The notes under the pieces are model-generated. The model saw nothing but the letters and a program-made list of their open reading frames with translations. It searched no databases and had not been told where the DNA came from. Below, piece by piece: positions 1 through 10,524 of a DNA stretch of 64,000 nucleotides (position 1 is the stretch's first letter; each line of letters starts with the position of its first letter). The translations under genes were made by a program, and so were the position numbers. Origin of the DNA: Pyrinomonadaceae bacterium (GTDB lineage Bacteria; Acidobacteriota; Blastocatellia; Pyrinomonadales; Pyrinomonadaceae). The stretch is from positions 352,001-416,000 of the forward strand of contig JBKBYA010000002.1 in the NCBI GenBank assembly GCA_046313635.1, read 5' to 3'.

Positions 1-822
<822 letters not shown>

Positions 823-878
823 CCCGGCAGCTCGGACGCTAAGGCCCTGTCGAGCGGCAAGGCCCAACGATCCATACA

Positions 879-1235
879 TCAATCCGGCCGGGCGGGCCCA
901 ACGGTCTGCCCGGCCGTCCCCTTTTTATAGACCTCGTCAGAACGTCCGCCGTCGTGTGCCTCGGCCTTGCGGCCTCGCAGGTCTATATGCCGATTACTGG
1001 CGTTGAGAAAGTTCTCGTGAAACGCGATGCTGCCGTGTTTGAAGCCCGCGTTTCTGAAGATGCGGTCGTACTTTTGTGCGGCATCCTCGGGCTCGTTCGT
1101 CGCGACGGTCATAACGAGCATCCGAGCGTCCGGGTCGCGCTTTGCGGCTTGCGTGATCTCGTCAAGGACCTCGGGGACTGCGGCGATCTCGCCGCCGCCG
1201 CCGATGGAGATAAGAGTGGGATCCGATTTTCCCAT
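879..1235 (-). pseudogene. Truncated cyanophycinase/peptidase S51-like fragment
   Basis: N-terminus LISIGGGGE...MLVMTVAT.EPE.A..KY..IF resembles the CphB N-terminus. Only 118 aa, lacking the GGDQ and GTSAG motifs. Confidence 0.55.
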
Positions 1236-1267
1236 TGCCGCATCGGCGGTCGTATAATCCGAACCGC

Positions 1268-1852
1268 ATGAAAATTGTATCGGCCGAATTTGTGAAGAGT
1301 GCCTATTCCAGGGAACATTGGGTGGACGACGGGCTCCCCGAGGTGGCGTTCCTTGGCCGTTCGAACGTCGGCAAGTCGTCGCTGATCAACTCGCTCCTCG
1401 GGCGTCGAGGGCTCGCTCGCACATCCAATACGCCGGGCCGCACGCAGTGCATCAACTACTTTCTGATCAACCGTCGGTTTTACTTTGTCGATCTGCCCGG
1501 CTACGGCTACGCGCGCGTGCCGCAGACGATGAGAAAGGATTGGGGACGAATGGCCGAGCAGTACCTCGGCGACAGCGAAGAGCTGCGGCTATGCATTCAG
1601 CTGGTCGACTCGCGACACGCTCCGACGATGCTCGACAAGCAGCTTCACGAGTGGCTCGTCCACCGCGACAGGCCGTACATAATCGCGGCAACCAAGGCCG
1701 ACAAGCTCTCGTCCAACCAACTGCGTAAAAACCTTGCACAGCTCAATTCACACCTGCCCGGAGCGAAGGTGATCGCCTACTCATCCGAGAACGGAATGGG
1801 CCGTGACGAGCTCTGGGCAAGGATACTTGAGGCGGTTGAAAATAATTTCTAG
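1268..1852 (+). CDS. engB: Ribosome biogenesis GTP-binding protein YihA/YsxC
   Basis: GRSNVGKSS, TPGRT, DLPGYG and TKADK GTPase motifs; start taken at ATG 1268. Confidence 0.96.
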   Translation: MKIVSAEFVKSAYSREHWVDDGLPEVAFLGRSNVGKSSLINSLLGRRGLARTSNTPGRTQCINYFLINRRFYFVDLPGYGYARVPQTMRKDWGRMAEQYLGDSEELRLCIQLVDSRHAPTMLDKQLHEWLVHRDRPYIIAATKADKLSSNQLRKNLAQLNSHLPGAKVIAYSSENGMGRDELWARILEAVENNF

Positions 1853-2073
1853 ATAAGGGTTGCGTAGCCGAGCTAAATATAGTAAACAATAGCTATCCCT
1901 TAAACTCGAGATTTCTTGAGAGAGCTCCAGGGCTTATTTCATCGGAAGTACTGCGAACTACCCCAACGTTTTTCTCCGCATAGAAATTCAATTTTGAGAT
2001 CGAGTTTAAGTTCAGGTTTGAGGATCTCAGACAAAAACCACTGACAATTCGATTCCACATCAAACGGAAAACA

Positions 2074-3501
2074 ATGGCAACCAAAACTACTACAAAGCGG
2101 GGCAGGTCCACCACGAGTGGAGACGAAGTCCCCGAAAAGGCAGCCGACGAAGTGCTCGCCGACGGCGGAGAAAAAGGCGCTCCGTCCGACGCTGAGCAGC
2201 CGGCGGCTACGCCGGCCGCAGCCGCGGAAAAGCCCTCGGCCGAGAACGGACTGCTCAACCTCGCGGGCCTCAAAGATATGTCGATCAGCGAGCTGACGCA
2301 TATCGCTAAGGAAATGGGTATCGAGGGTGCGACCGGGCTTAGGAAGCAGGAGCTCATCTTTAAGGTACTTGCCGCGCAGACCGAGAAGAGCGGTCTTATC
2401 TTTTCTGAGGGAGTGCTCGAGACGCTGCCGGACGGATTCGGATTTCTCCGTGCGCCGGAGTACAACTACCTGCCGGGCCCGGACGATATTTATGTCAGCC
2501 CTTCGCAGATCCGGAAGTTCGATCTGCGGACCGGCGATACGGTCTCGGGCCAGATCCGCCCGCCGAAGGAGGGCGAACGTTATTTTGCGCTCATCAAGGT
2601 CGAGGCGATCAACTTTGAGGCACCCGAGCAGTCGCGCGAAAAAGTATTCTTTGACAATCTCACGCCTCTTTATCCGGACGAGCAGCTCCGAATGGAGACC
2701 ACGCCCGACAACATATCGGCGCGTGTCATAGATCTCGTCACCCCGATCGGCAAGGGGCAGCGTGCGCTGATCGTGGCTCCGCCGCGAACGGGCAAGACGA
2801 TGCTGCTGCAGACGATCGCCAACTCGATAACTCACAACCATCCGGAGGTCACGCTGATCGTCCTGCTGATCGACGAGCGTCCGGAAGAGGTTACCGATAT
2901 GCAGCGGTCGGTCAAGGGCGAGGTCATCTCGTCGACCTTTGACGAGCCGCCGACGCGGCACGTTCAGGTCGCCGATATGGTCATCGAAAAGGCCAAGCGC
3001 CTTGTCGAGCACAAGCGCGACGTGGTCATACTGCTTGACTCGATCACGCGTCTCGCACGCGCGCACAACGCGGTCGTGCCGCCGTCGGGCAAGATCCTCT
3101 CAGGCGGTATCGACTCGAACGCGCTGCAGCGTCCAAAGCGATTCTTTGGAGCGGCCCGCAATATCGAAGAGGGCGGCAGCCTGACGATCATCGCGACGGC
3201 GCTGATCGACACCGGCTCGCGAATGGACGACGTCATCTTTGAAGAATTCAAGGGAACCGGTAACTCCGAAATTCATCTCGACCGCCGTCTCAGCGACAAG
3301 CGTCTCTTTCCGGCGATCGATCTGCAGAGATCCGGAACGCGAAAAGAAGAGCTTCTCATCGGCAAGGAAGATCTCAATCGCATCTGGGTCATGCGACGCG
3401 TGCTCAACCCGCTGTCGCCGGTCGAGCAGATGGAGGTCGTGCTCGAACGTCTCGGCAAGACCAAGCAGAATTCGGAATTCCTCGCTTCGATGCAGTCGTA
3501 G
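2074..3501 (+). CDS. rho: Transcription termination factor Rho with ~60-aa low-complexity N-terminal extension
   Basis: [41 protein letters not shown] and FEEFKGTGN motifs. Confidence 0.99.
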   Translation: MATKTTTKRGRSTTSGDEVPEKAADEVLADGGEKGAPSDAEQPAATPAAAAEKPSAENGLLNLAGLKDMSISELTHIAKEMGIEGATGLRKQELIFKVLAAQTEKSGLIFSEGVLETLPDGFGFLRAPEYNYLPGPDDIYVSPSQIRKFDLRTGDTVSGQIRPPKEGERYFALIKVEAINFEAPEQSREKVFFDNLTPLYPDEQLRMETTPDNISARVIDLVTPIGKGQRALIVAPPRTGKTMLLQTIANSITHNHPEVTLIVLLIDERPEEVTDMQRSVKGEVISSTFDEPPTRHVQVADMVIEKAKRLVEHKRDVVILLDSITRLARAHNAVVPPSGKILSGGIDSNALQRPKRFFGAARNIEEGGSLTIIATALIDTGSRMDDVIFEEFKGTGNSEIHLDRRLSDKRLFPAIDLQRSGTRKEELLIGKEDLNRIWVMRRVLNPLSPVEQMEVVLERLGKTKQNSEFLASMQS

Positions 3502-3526
3502 CCGACGCGAGGTATGCGGTCACACC

Positions 3527-3565
3527 GGCGGAAGGCGGACGTGTTGTCGGCTTTCCGCCATTTTT
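3527..3565 (+). terminator. Intrinsic terminator-like hairpin after rho
   Basis: GGCGGAAGGC...GCTTTCCGCC stem followed by ATTTTT. Confidence 0.55.
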
Positions 3566-3623
3566 ATGTTCGGCAATTGGCGGCCGTGCGCCGCCTTATT
3601 AAACTGGAATCGGTCGACTCGAT

Positions 3624-5045
3624 ATGCGAATAGCGGTCGTATCCGCGGAGGCGGTCCCTTACTCAAAGACCGGCGGTCTCGGCGATGTCGCCGGGGCCTT
3701 GCCCAAGGCGCTGCGCCGCATCGGCGTTGACGCCTTCCTCGTCACGCCCTGCTATCTGCAGACCAAAGGCGAGCTTCTCCGGCACACGGCGGTTGACGAT
3801 CTGAATGTCGAGTGGCGCGGCGGCGTGTACCGGGCCCGCGCGTTTTACAGCGAGGCCAACGGCTCGCCGACATTCTTGATCGACGCGCCGTCTTACTTTC
3901 ACCGCGATTCGATATACGGCTATCGTGAGGATCACGAGCGCTTCGCTTTCTTCAACCACGCGGCGCTTGAATTGATAAAGCGTCTCGGAGCCTCGCCCGA
4001 CATCGTGCACCTCAACGACTGGCATTGCGGATTTGCCGCCGTCGAGATCGCGGAGCGGCGGAGGTGGGACGAATACTGGCGAAACACGCGAACCGTCTTT
4101 TCGATCCACAACATGGCGTACCAGGGCGGCTTTGACGCGGGCGAGCTGTGGAAGTTCGGATTCGGCAGCGAGTTTGCAAGGAACGCGTTCGCCTTCGACG
4201 GCTATGCGTCGGCGATGAAGGCCGGCCTCGAGGTCGCCGACACCTTGTCGACCGTCTCGCGGCGTTACGCGAGAGAGATCCAAACCCCGGAGTACGGTCA
4301 CGGTCTGGAATGGCTGACGCGAAAGCGCTCCGATCGCCTGATCGGTATCACGAACGGCGTCGATTACGAAGTGTGGGACCCGGCGACCGATCCGGAGATA
4401 CCCGCGAATTTCAGCATCGACGATCCCACCGGCAAGCGAGAGTGCAAGCGGCGCCTTCTCGAAGAATTCATGCTGCCCGTCGATCTGGATCGTCCGGTCC
4501 TGGCTTCGATCAGTCGTTTGACCGCTCAAAAGGGGATCGATCTGATCATGCAGGTCGCCGGCGAGATCCTGGCTGCCGGAGCGTACATCATCTCGCTCGG
4601 ATCGGGCGAGCAGAAATACGAAGACTTTTGGCAGCGTCTGCGTGACGCGGCCCCACGGCAGGTCGGCATTTATCGCGGCTACAGCGAAACGCTCTCGCAC
4701 CGGATCGAGGCCGGGGCCGATATGTTCATGATGCCGTCGCGCTTTGAGCCTTGCGGACTGAACCAGATGTATTCGCTCCGCTACGGCACGGTACCGATCG
4801 TACACGCCGTCGGAGGACTCGACGATACCGTACAGACATTCGACGTCGTCACCGGACGAGGAAACGGATTCAAGTTTCATGCGTACCGCGCCGACCGATT
4901 TCTCGAGCGGATCTACGAGGCGATGTACGCCTATGCCGACCCCGACACGTGGCGAAAGATCCAGATCAACGGGATGCGTGAGGACAACTCGTGGGAGCAC
5001 GCCGCGGCGGCGTATGTCGAGCTGTACAAATGGACGCTGAACTGA
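3624..5045 (+). CDS. glgA: Glycogen synthase
   Basis: KTGGLGDV, HLNDWH, SRLTAQKG and PSRFEPCGL motifs. Confidence 0.97.
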   Translation: MRIAVVSAEAVPYSKTGGLGDVAGALPKALRRIGVDAFLVTPCYLQTKGELLRHTAVDDLNVEWRGGVYRARAFYSEANGSPTFLIDAPSYFHRDSIYGYREDHERFAFFNHAALELIKRLGASPDIVHLNDWHCGFAAVEIAERRRWDEYWRNTRTVFSIHNMAYQGGFDAGELWKFGFGSEFARNAFAFDGYASAMKAGLEVADTLSTVSRRYAREIQTPEYGHGLEWLTRKRSDRLIGITNGVDYEVWDPATDPEIPANFSIDDPTGKRECKRRLLEEFMLPVDLDRPVLASISRLTAQKGIDLIMQVAGEILAAGAYIISLGSGEQKYEDFWQRLRDAAPRQVGIYRGYSETLSHRIEAGADMFMMPSRFEPCGLNQMYSLRYGTVPIVHAVGGLDDTVQTFDVVTGRGNGFKFHAYRADRFLERIYEAMYAYADPDTWRKIQINGMREDNSWEHAAAAYVELYKWTLN

Positions 5046-5605
5046 GACGTCATTTCCGCATTGACGACCAGACGACGATGCGCGCCTTTTGCAAAGAGGA
5101 CGCAGAGGCGATCTACGCGTGCGTCATTCGTAACCGCGACCACCTTTCGCCTTTCATGCATTGGATGACGCCGGATTATTCGTTCGAGTCCGCGCGACGA
5201 TTTGTCGACGAGGGCCGAAGAGCTGTCGCCGAGCGTGCGGGCCTTTCGCTCGGTATTTTTCGAGCGGGTGAGTTCGTCGGTTCGGCAGCACTTGTCTACA
5301 TCGACCATATTTCGCGAAAGACCGAGATCGGGTATTGGATCGACAGAATGTACGAAGGGCGAGGGCTCGTTTCGGCTGCGTGTTGTGTATTGATAGAATA
5401 TGCCTTCGGCGAACTCGAGATGAATCGCGTCGAGATACGGTGCGCGACCGAGAATGTGAGAAGCTCCGCGATACCGGAGCGCTTGGGTTTTACTCTCGAA
5501 GGCGTGCTCCGACAGGTCGAAATGCGCGGCGGCCGGCTGCACGACTTTGCGATCTACGGCCTGCTCGCCGACGAGTGGCATTCGCGCCGGAACAGAATTC
5601 TATGA
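5030..5605 (+). CDS. RimJ/RimL-family GNAT N-acetyltransferase
   Basis: EIGYWI...GRG...F.ELEMNRVEIRCATEN.RS.AIPERLGF; start uncertain (5030 chosen). Confidence 0.9.
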   Translation: MDAELRRHFRIDDQTTMRAFCKEDAEAIYACVIRNRDHLSPFMHWMTPDYSFESARRFVDEGRRAVAERAGLSLGIFRAGEFVGSAALVYIDHISRKTEIGYWIDRMYEGRGLVSAACCVLIEYAFGELEMNRVEIRCATENVRSSAIPERLGFTLEGVLRQVEMRGGRLHDFAIYGLLADEWHSRRNRIL

Positions 5606-6924
5606 TCATCGTGATAATCGGGGCCCAATGGGGCGACGAAGGAAAGGGCAAGGTCGTCGACCTGCTCGCGGATCGTTTTGACGTCGTGTCGCGGTATCAG
5701 GGCGGGCATAACGCGGGCCACAGCGTGTATGTGGGCGACAAGTCGTTCGTACTGCGCCTCTTGCCGTCGGGGATCATTCATCCGGACAAGACCTGCGTGC
5801 TCGGCAACGGGATGGTCATCGATCCGAAGGCCTTCTTTGAAGAGGTAGATCAGATCGGCGAACAGGGGATCGAGGTCTCGCCGGACCGGCTCAAGGTCTC
5901 GAGCCGGGCACACCTCATAATGCCGTATCACCGCGCGCTCGATCATACGTCCGAGGAGCGGCTCGGCAACGAAAAGATCGGAACGACGCTGCGCGGCATC
6001 GGCCCCGCGTATGAGGACAAGGCCGGCCGCCGCGGCATACGCGTCGCCGACGCTCTATCGCCAGAGATACTGCGAATGCGGATCGAGCGCAATCTCGAAG
6101 AGGCAAACCGCATCATCGTGCTCTACGGCCACCAGCCGCTGCGGGCCGACGAGATCTACGACGAGGTCGCCCCGCTGATCGAGCGCCTCCGGCCGTACGT
6201 CTGCGAGACCTCGCATTTCCTCTCCGAATCGCGAAGGGCGAATAAAAAGATACTGCTCGAGGGAGCGCAGGCAACGCTGCTCGACGTCGACCACGGGACC
6301 TATCCGTACGTCACGTCGTCCAATCCGACGGCGGGCGGGGCCTCGGTCGGCGCGGGAATCCCGCCGCATCACATCAGCGGCGTTCTCGGCATCGTCCGAA
6401 CCTATGCGACCCGCGTCGGCGAGGGGCCGTTCCCGACCGAAATGCTCGACGCCGAAGAGGACACCGCCGATCTGATCCGCGAACGCGGCAACGAGTACGG
6501 CTCGGTGACCCGCCGGCCGCGGCGCTGCGGGTGGTTTGACGCCGTCGCCACACGTTACGCGGCCGAACTCAACGGATTTGATTCGATCGCGCTGACCAAG
6601 CTCGACGTGCTCGACGCACTGCCCGAGATCAAGGTTTGTACCGGCTACGAGATCGACGGACAAAGGATCGACACATTTCCGGCCGTCTCGCACGACCTGC
6701 GAAAGATCAAGCCGGTTTACGAGACGCTGCCGGGCTGGCGAACCGACACTCTCGGTGTGACAAATTTTGATGAGCTGCCCGCGCGAGCTCAGGATTACGT
6801 GAGATTCCTCTCCGAGAGGATCGGGGTCGAGATCGGTCTGATCTCGACAGGGCCCGAGCGCGATCAGACGATCATTCTGCCCCAGTCGACGATGGAAAGC
6901 TGGTTTGCTCCGGCGGCGGAATAG
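5602..6924 (+). CDS. purA: Adenylosuccinate synthase
   Basis: GAQWGDEGKGK, GGHNAGH, EGAQATLLDVDHGTYPYVTSS; ATGA overlap with upstream stop. Confidence 0.98.
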   Translation: MIIVIIGAQWGDEGKGKVVDLLADRFDVVSRYQGGHNAGHSVYVGDKSFVLRLLPSGIIHPDKTCVLGNGMVIDPKAFFEEVDQIGEQGIEVSPDRLKVSSRAHLIMPYHRALDHTSEERLGNEKIGTTLRGIGPAYEDKAGRRGIRVADALSPEILRMRIERNLEEANRIIVLYGHQPLRADEIYDEVAPLIERLRPYVCETSHFLSESRRANKKILLEGAQATLLDVDHGTYPYVTSSNPTAGGASVGAGIPPHHISGVLGIVRTYATRVGEGPFPTEMLDAEEDTADLIRERGNEYGSVTRRPRRCGWFDAVATRYAAELNGFDSIALTKLDVLDALPEIKVCTGYEIDGQRIDTFPAVSHDLRKIKPVYETLPGWRTDTLGVTNFDELPARAQDYVRFLSERIGVEIGLISTGPERDQTIILPQSTMESWFAPAAE

Positions 6925-6961
6925 ACAAGTTTGAGGCCATCGTTATAAAATTTTGCTTCGT

Positions 6962-7037
6962 GGTCCGATAGCTCAGTCGGTAGAGCAAATGGCTTTTAAC
7001 CATTGGGTCCCAGGTTCGAGTCCTGGTCGGATCACCA
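6962..7037 (+). tRNA. tRNA-Lys (anticodon TTT)
   Basis: Acceptor stem GGTCCGA/TCGGATC, D-arm GCTCAGTCGGTAGAGC, anticodon arm AATGG-CTTTTAA-CCATT, T-loop GTTCGAG, encoded CCA; 76 nt. Confidence 0.97.
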
Positions 7038-7052
7038 AAAATTCTGATAGTC

Positions 7053-7078
7053 GAGACCGGCAAGACCGGTCTTTTTTT
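7053..7078 (+). terminator. Intrinsic terminator after tRNA-Lys
   Basis: GAGACCGG-CAAGA-CCGGTCTT hairpin followed by a T run. Confidence 0.75.
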
Positions 7079-7340
7079 CGTTGAGCCCTCGCCTCGAGCC
7101 GGTCCAATAACCATTTAATTTTCAGTAATTTGGATTGTGTATTCCAGAAGACAGATTGCCTGCGCCGATTAACCTACCTTTCAATCATTCAATTTAATGC
7201 GAACCGCCTTTGAACCTTGAAGGCCTATACCGCACGCGGGAGTGTTTCAGCATACTTGCGGTTCCCAAATTTTTTCCCGGTACCCTCATCCCGCCGGGGG
7301 TGTGCCGTCAACAAGTTAGATCACAGGGAGGATTACTCAA

Positions 7341-10300
7341 ATGCAGGACAACAGTCATAGTGTCCGACGCACATTTTGGAGCAAGAGGAGTTTTGTCATT
7401 GCTCTGACCCTCAGCGTCGGATTGCTGCTTGTGGGGGCATTGATCTTTGGCCCCGCGGCCGACACCACAAAGGTCGCCGCAGCACAGCAAGACGCGCGAA
7501 GCGGGGTTTCTGATGAAGCCTTGGCCATCGCCCTTGGACTCAGAGCGGCTGGCGACTACAACGCCTTTGGCGAAAAGGGACTGACCGCCAGCGGCGGCAG
7601 TGTCGACATCCGCGGCAACGCGGGCTCGGCCGGCAAGGTGACCGGCGACAGCCTTCGGGCCGATACGGGCAACCCTGAGGCCGCTGCTAAGGCGCTCGGC
7701 GACGTAATGTCGTTCGTCAATCAGCTGCCTTGTACCGTCGTCGACTCGAACGACCTGTCGGGGCGCGTGTTCGGACCTGGAGTTTACTGTCTGTCGTCGG
7801 CCAGTCTCGCCGGTGAAATGACACTTGACGCAGGCGGCAACGCGAACGCGGCTTTCGTATTTCGTGTCGCTCGCTCGTTCTCGACGGGCGAAGATTCAAC
7901 CATCAGCTTGGCGGGCGGCGCTCGCACGGGCAACGTCTACATCGTGGCCGGTGAGACGATCACCATCGGTGCCGACAGCGAGATCAACGCAAACCTGATC
8001 TCTGGCGGCGATATCAATGTGAATCGGGATTCGACCGTCGGCGGCCGTGCGCTTGCTAAAGGCGAACTCTCGGTAAACGACGCTCAGTTGGGCGGCGGCA
8101 GCGGCTACGTCGAGATCTGTAAGGACCTCGATCAGACCTTCCCCGCACCTACCCAGAACTACACCTTCACGATCGGCAGCCAGACGATCACGGTTCCGGC
8201 CGGTCAGTGCTCGGCCCCGATACAGGTTCCGGTCCCGGCCGGCGGCGGCTCGGTGACGATCACCGAAGGCACCGTTGCCAACACGCAGGTCAGCGACATT
8301 CGCACCTTCCTGGCCAACGGCACGCCGGCTCCCGACAGGCTGCTCGCGGGCACCAACCGTGCGACGCGTACGGCGGTCGTGTTTGTTCCCGAGGTGGGCG
8401 GCGTCGAGAATGAGACGCTTGTCCGCTTCACCAATCGTGCTACGCGTACCGGTACGATCGAGATCTGTAAGAATCCGCTCGACACTGATGTCACCGGACC
8501 GTGGACCTATACCCTTCCGGGTACGGGCGTCGAGCCAAACCCGACGGTTACCGTATTTACAGGCTCATGCTCGCTGCCGATCACCGTTACGATCCCGAGC
8601 AATGTCGCGACGGGAAGCCCCTTCGTCATTCGCGTGACGGAGCTCGGACGTGAGACCTACAGGTTCGAAAGTGCCTTTACCCGACCGGCTAACCGGTTTG
8701 TCGGCCAGGGCTTCAATCCCGACAACGGCGGCTTTGCCGACATCCAGGTGATCGCGGGCAGCACGGCGACCAACCAGACGACGGTCGTCTTCAACAATCG
8801 GTCGCTCCCGGGCCGCATCAAGGTCTGTAAGATCACGGCAGACACCTCGACGATCCCGACCGGAACCGTCTTCCGGTTCAACGTACGAGGCATCACCTCT
8901 GTCGGCGGCGAACCTGTTGCCGAGGTCGTGACCGTTCAGGCCGGCCCGGCGTCGCAGGGCGGCTTCTGCCAGTTCACGGCGAACAATTACGTGGTTGGCA
9001 GCACGGTCCGCGTCGACGAGACCGACAACATTACGGGTCTGCCGAGCGGAATCACGGCCGACATGGTCCGTACGTCCGACATCAGCTCGCTGCCGGCGGG
9101 TACGCTCGTGAATGCCGTTATCGGCAATCCGCGGGTCGAGACCGGCGTCATCTCGCGGGCAGACGTGGTCCAGCGCAACGCTCTGACGACGGTCACGTTC
9201 ACCAACTACGTCTTCCGACCGGCGGTGATCAAGTTGTGTAAGGCACTTGGAGCAAACACGACGGCGGCGGATGCGACGCGTATGTTCACGTTCAACATCG
9301 CACTTGCCGATCCGCTTGTGAGCCGACCGCTGACGCAGACGTCTGTGAACATCCAGGCCGGACACTGTGTGTTCCTGAACGGTCCGTTCGCGCCGGTCCC
9401 GGCGTTCGATCCGACGATCGGAACGTTCAACTTCAACACGCGGCTGATCATCACCGAGGTCGTCCCGACGGGCTTTAACGCTCCGGTCGTGACCTCGCCG
9501 ACCGGCTGCAGCGTAACGGGAACGACCAACGGCGGCAACGTGCTGATCTGCAACCGGATCGACGGTCCGTCGCCGGCGGGCATCAACGAGTACATCTTTA
9601 CGAACTCGCGGCCCGCAGCGGGTCCGAACCCGGGCAGTCTGGCCGTAAGGCTCGACTTTGACGGTGACCGCCGTGCCGATGTCGCCATCTTCCGTCCGTC
9701 GACGGGAACGTGGTGGTACGCCGCCAGCACCGCCAACGGACAGCCGCGTGCCGGTCAGTTCGGTGCGGACGGCGACAAGCCGATCCCGGCCGACTTTGAC
9801 GGCGACGGCAGGATGGACTACGCGGTCTATCGCGGCGGCCAGTGGCATATCCAGCAGAGCTCGGACGGTACCTACAAGGGCTACACGTTCGGTCTCGCGA
9901 CGGATGTCCCGCAGCCGGGCGACTTTGACGGCGACGGCAAGGCAGACCTTGCGGTCTATCGTCCGTCGGACGGCTCGTGGCACGTCTTCCGCTCGACCAA
10001 CAGCTCGTACTATGCGTTCCCGTTCGGCATCTCGACCGATCTTCCGATCGCGGCAGATTACGACGGCGACGGACGCATGGATCCGGCTGTCTATCGAGAC
10101 GGCACATGGCACCTGCTCCGCAGCACCGCCGGCTACACCGCTCTCAGCTGGGGCAACTCGACCGACAGGGCGATCCCGGCCGACTACGACGGTGACGGCA
10201 AGGCCGACGCGGCCGTCTATCGCGGCGGACAGTGGTACATCCTGCGCTCGACCGGCGGCGTCGACTCGTTCGTCCTCGGCGGCGGCAGCGATGCTCCGAC

Positions 10301-10454
10301 ACCGGCCGACTACGACGGCGACGGCAAGGTCGATCCCGCGGTCTACCGCAGCTCGACCTCGACCTGGACCGTACGGTACTCAGGCGCAGGCAGCTCGCAG
10401 TCGCCCGCAACGATCACGTTCGGCGCGGCTGGCGACATGATCATGCCGTTCTAA
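7341..10454 (+). CDS. Large secreted/surface protein: ice-binding-like (DUF3494) domain, four CnaB/SpaA-like Ig repeats and C-terminal FG-GAP/VCBS repeats
   Basis: GGGAGG SD and hydrophobic N-terminal segment. GPGVYC...LTLDAGGNANAAFVF (DUF3494-like). Four I-x-I-CK...C...TE...FxN repeats. Six D[FY]DGDG-type repeats. Confidence 0.85.
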   Translation: MQDNSHSVRRTFWSKRSFVIALTLSVGLLLVGALIFGPAADTTKVAAAQQDARSGVSDEALAIALGLRAAGDYNAFGEKGLTASGGSVDIRGNAGSAGKVTGDSLRADTGNPEAAAKALGDVMSFVNQLPCTVVDSNDLSGRVFGPGVYCLSSASLAGEMTLDAGGNANAAFVFRVARSFSTGEDSTISLAGGARTGNVYIVAGETITIGADSEINANLISGGDINVNRDSTVGGRALAKGELSVNDAQLGGGSGYVEICKDLDQTFPAPTQNYTFTIGSQTITVPAGQCSAPIQVPVPAGGGSVTITEGTVANTQVSDIRTFLANGTPAPDRLLAGTNRATRTAVVFVPEVGGVENETLVRFTNRATRTGTIEICKNPLDTDVTGPWTYTLPGTGVEPNPTVTVFTGSCSLPITVTIPSNVATGSPFVIRVTELGRETYRFESAFTRPANRFVGQGFNPDNGGFADIQVIAGSTATNQTTVVFNNRSLPGRIKVCKITADTSTIPTGTVFRFNVRGITSVGGEPVAEVVTVQAGPASQGGFCQFTANNYVVGSTVRVDETDNITGLPSGITADMVRTSDISSLPAGTLVNAVIGNPRVETGVISRADVVQRNALTTVTFTNYVFRPAVIKLCKALGANTTAADATRMFTFNIALADPLVSRPLTQTSVNIQAGHCVFLNGPFAPVPAFDPTIGTFNFNTRLIITEVVPTGFNAPVVTSPTGCSVTGTTNGGNVLICNRIDGPSPAGINEYIFTNSRPAAGPNPGSLAVRLDFDGDRRADVAIFRPSTGTWWYAASTANGQPRAGQFGADGDKPIPADFDGDGRMDYAVYRGGQWHIQQSSDGTYKGYTFGLATDVPQPGDFDGDGKADLAVYRPSDGSWHVFRSTNSSYYAFPFGISTDLPIAADYDGDGRMDPAVYRDGTWHLLRSTAGYTALSWGNSTDRAIPADYDGDGKADAAVYRGGQWYILRSTGGVDSFVLGGGSDAPTPADYDGDGKVDPAVYRSSTSTWTVRYSGAGSSQSPATITFGAAGDMIMPF

Positions 10455-10486
10455 CAGGTGATTCCCGAGAGATCGGGATGGTTGAC

Positions 10487-10520
10487 AGGGCACGGGCCGT
10501 AAAGGCCCGTGCCCTTTTTT
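10487..10520 (+). terminator. Intrinsic terminator between convergent genes
   Basis: AGGGCACGGGCC-GTAAA-GGCCCGTGCCCT perfect stem plus T run. Confidence 0.85.
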
Positions 10521-10524
10521 GTAT

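Noticed and set aside
1939..3066. 375-aa antisense ORF over rho (likewise 3663-5000, 8565-10112, 12634-14403, 22468-23853, 40728-42179 and many others)
   Set aside because: Shadow ORFs expected opposite real genes in high-GC DNA; no recognisable motifs
7080..7340. Possible riboswitch upstream of the ice-binding adhesin
   Set aside because: Weak hairpins only; no recognisable aptamer consensus such as c-di-GMP
9650..10450. Repeated GACTACGACGGCGACGGC units as a possible CRISPR array
   Set aside because: They are in-frame FG-GAP protein repeats with synonymous variation; no cas genes
6962..10520. tRNA-Lys as an integration site for a genomic island
   Set aside because: No integrase and no duplicated tRNA 3' end seen in the window
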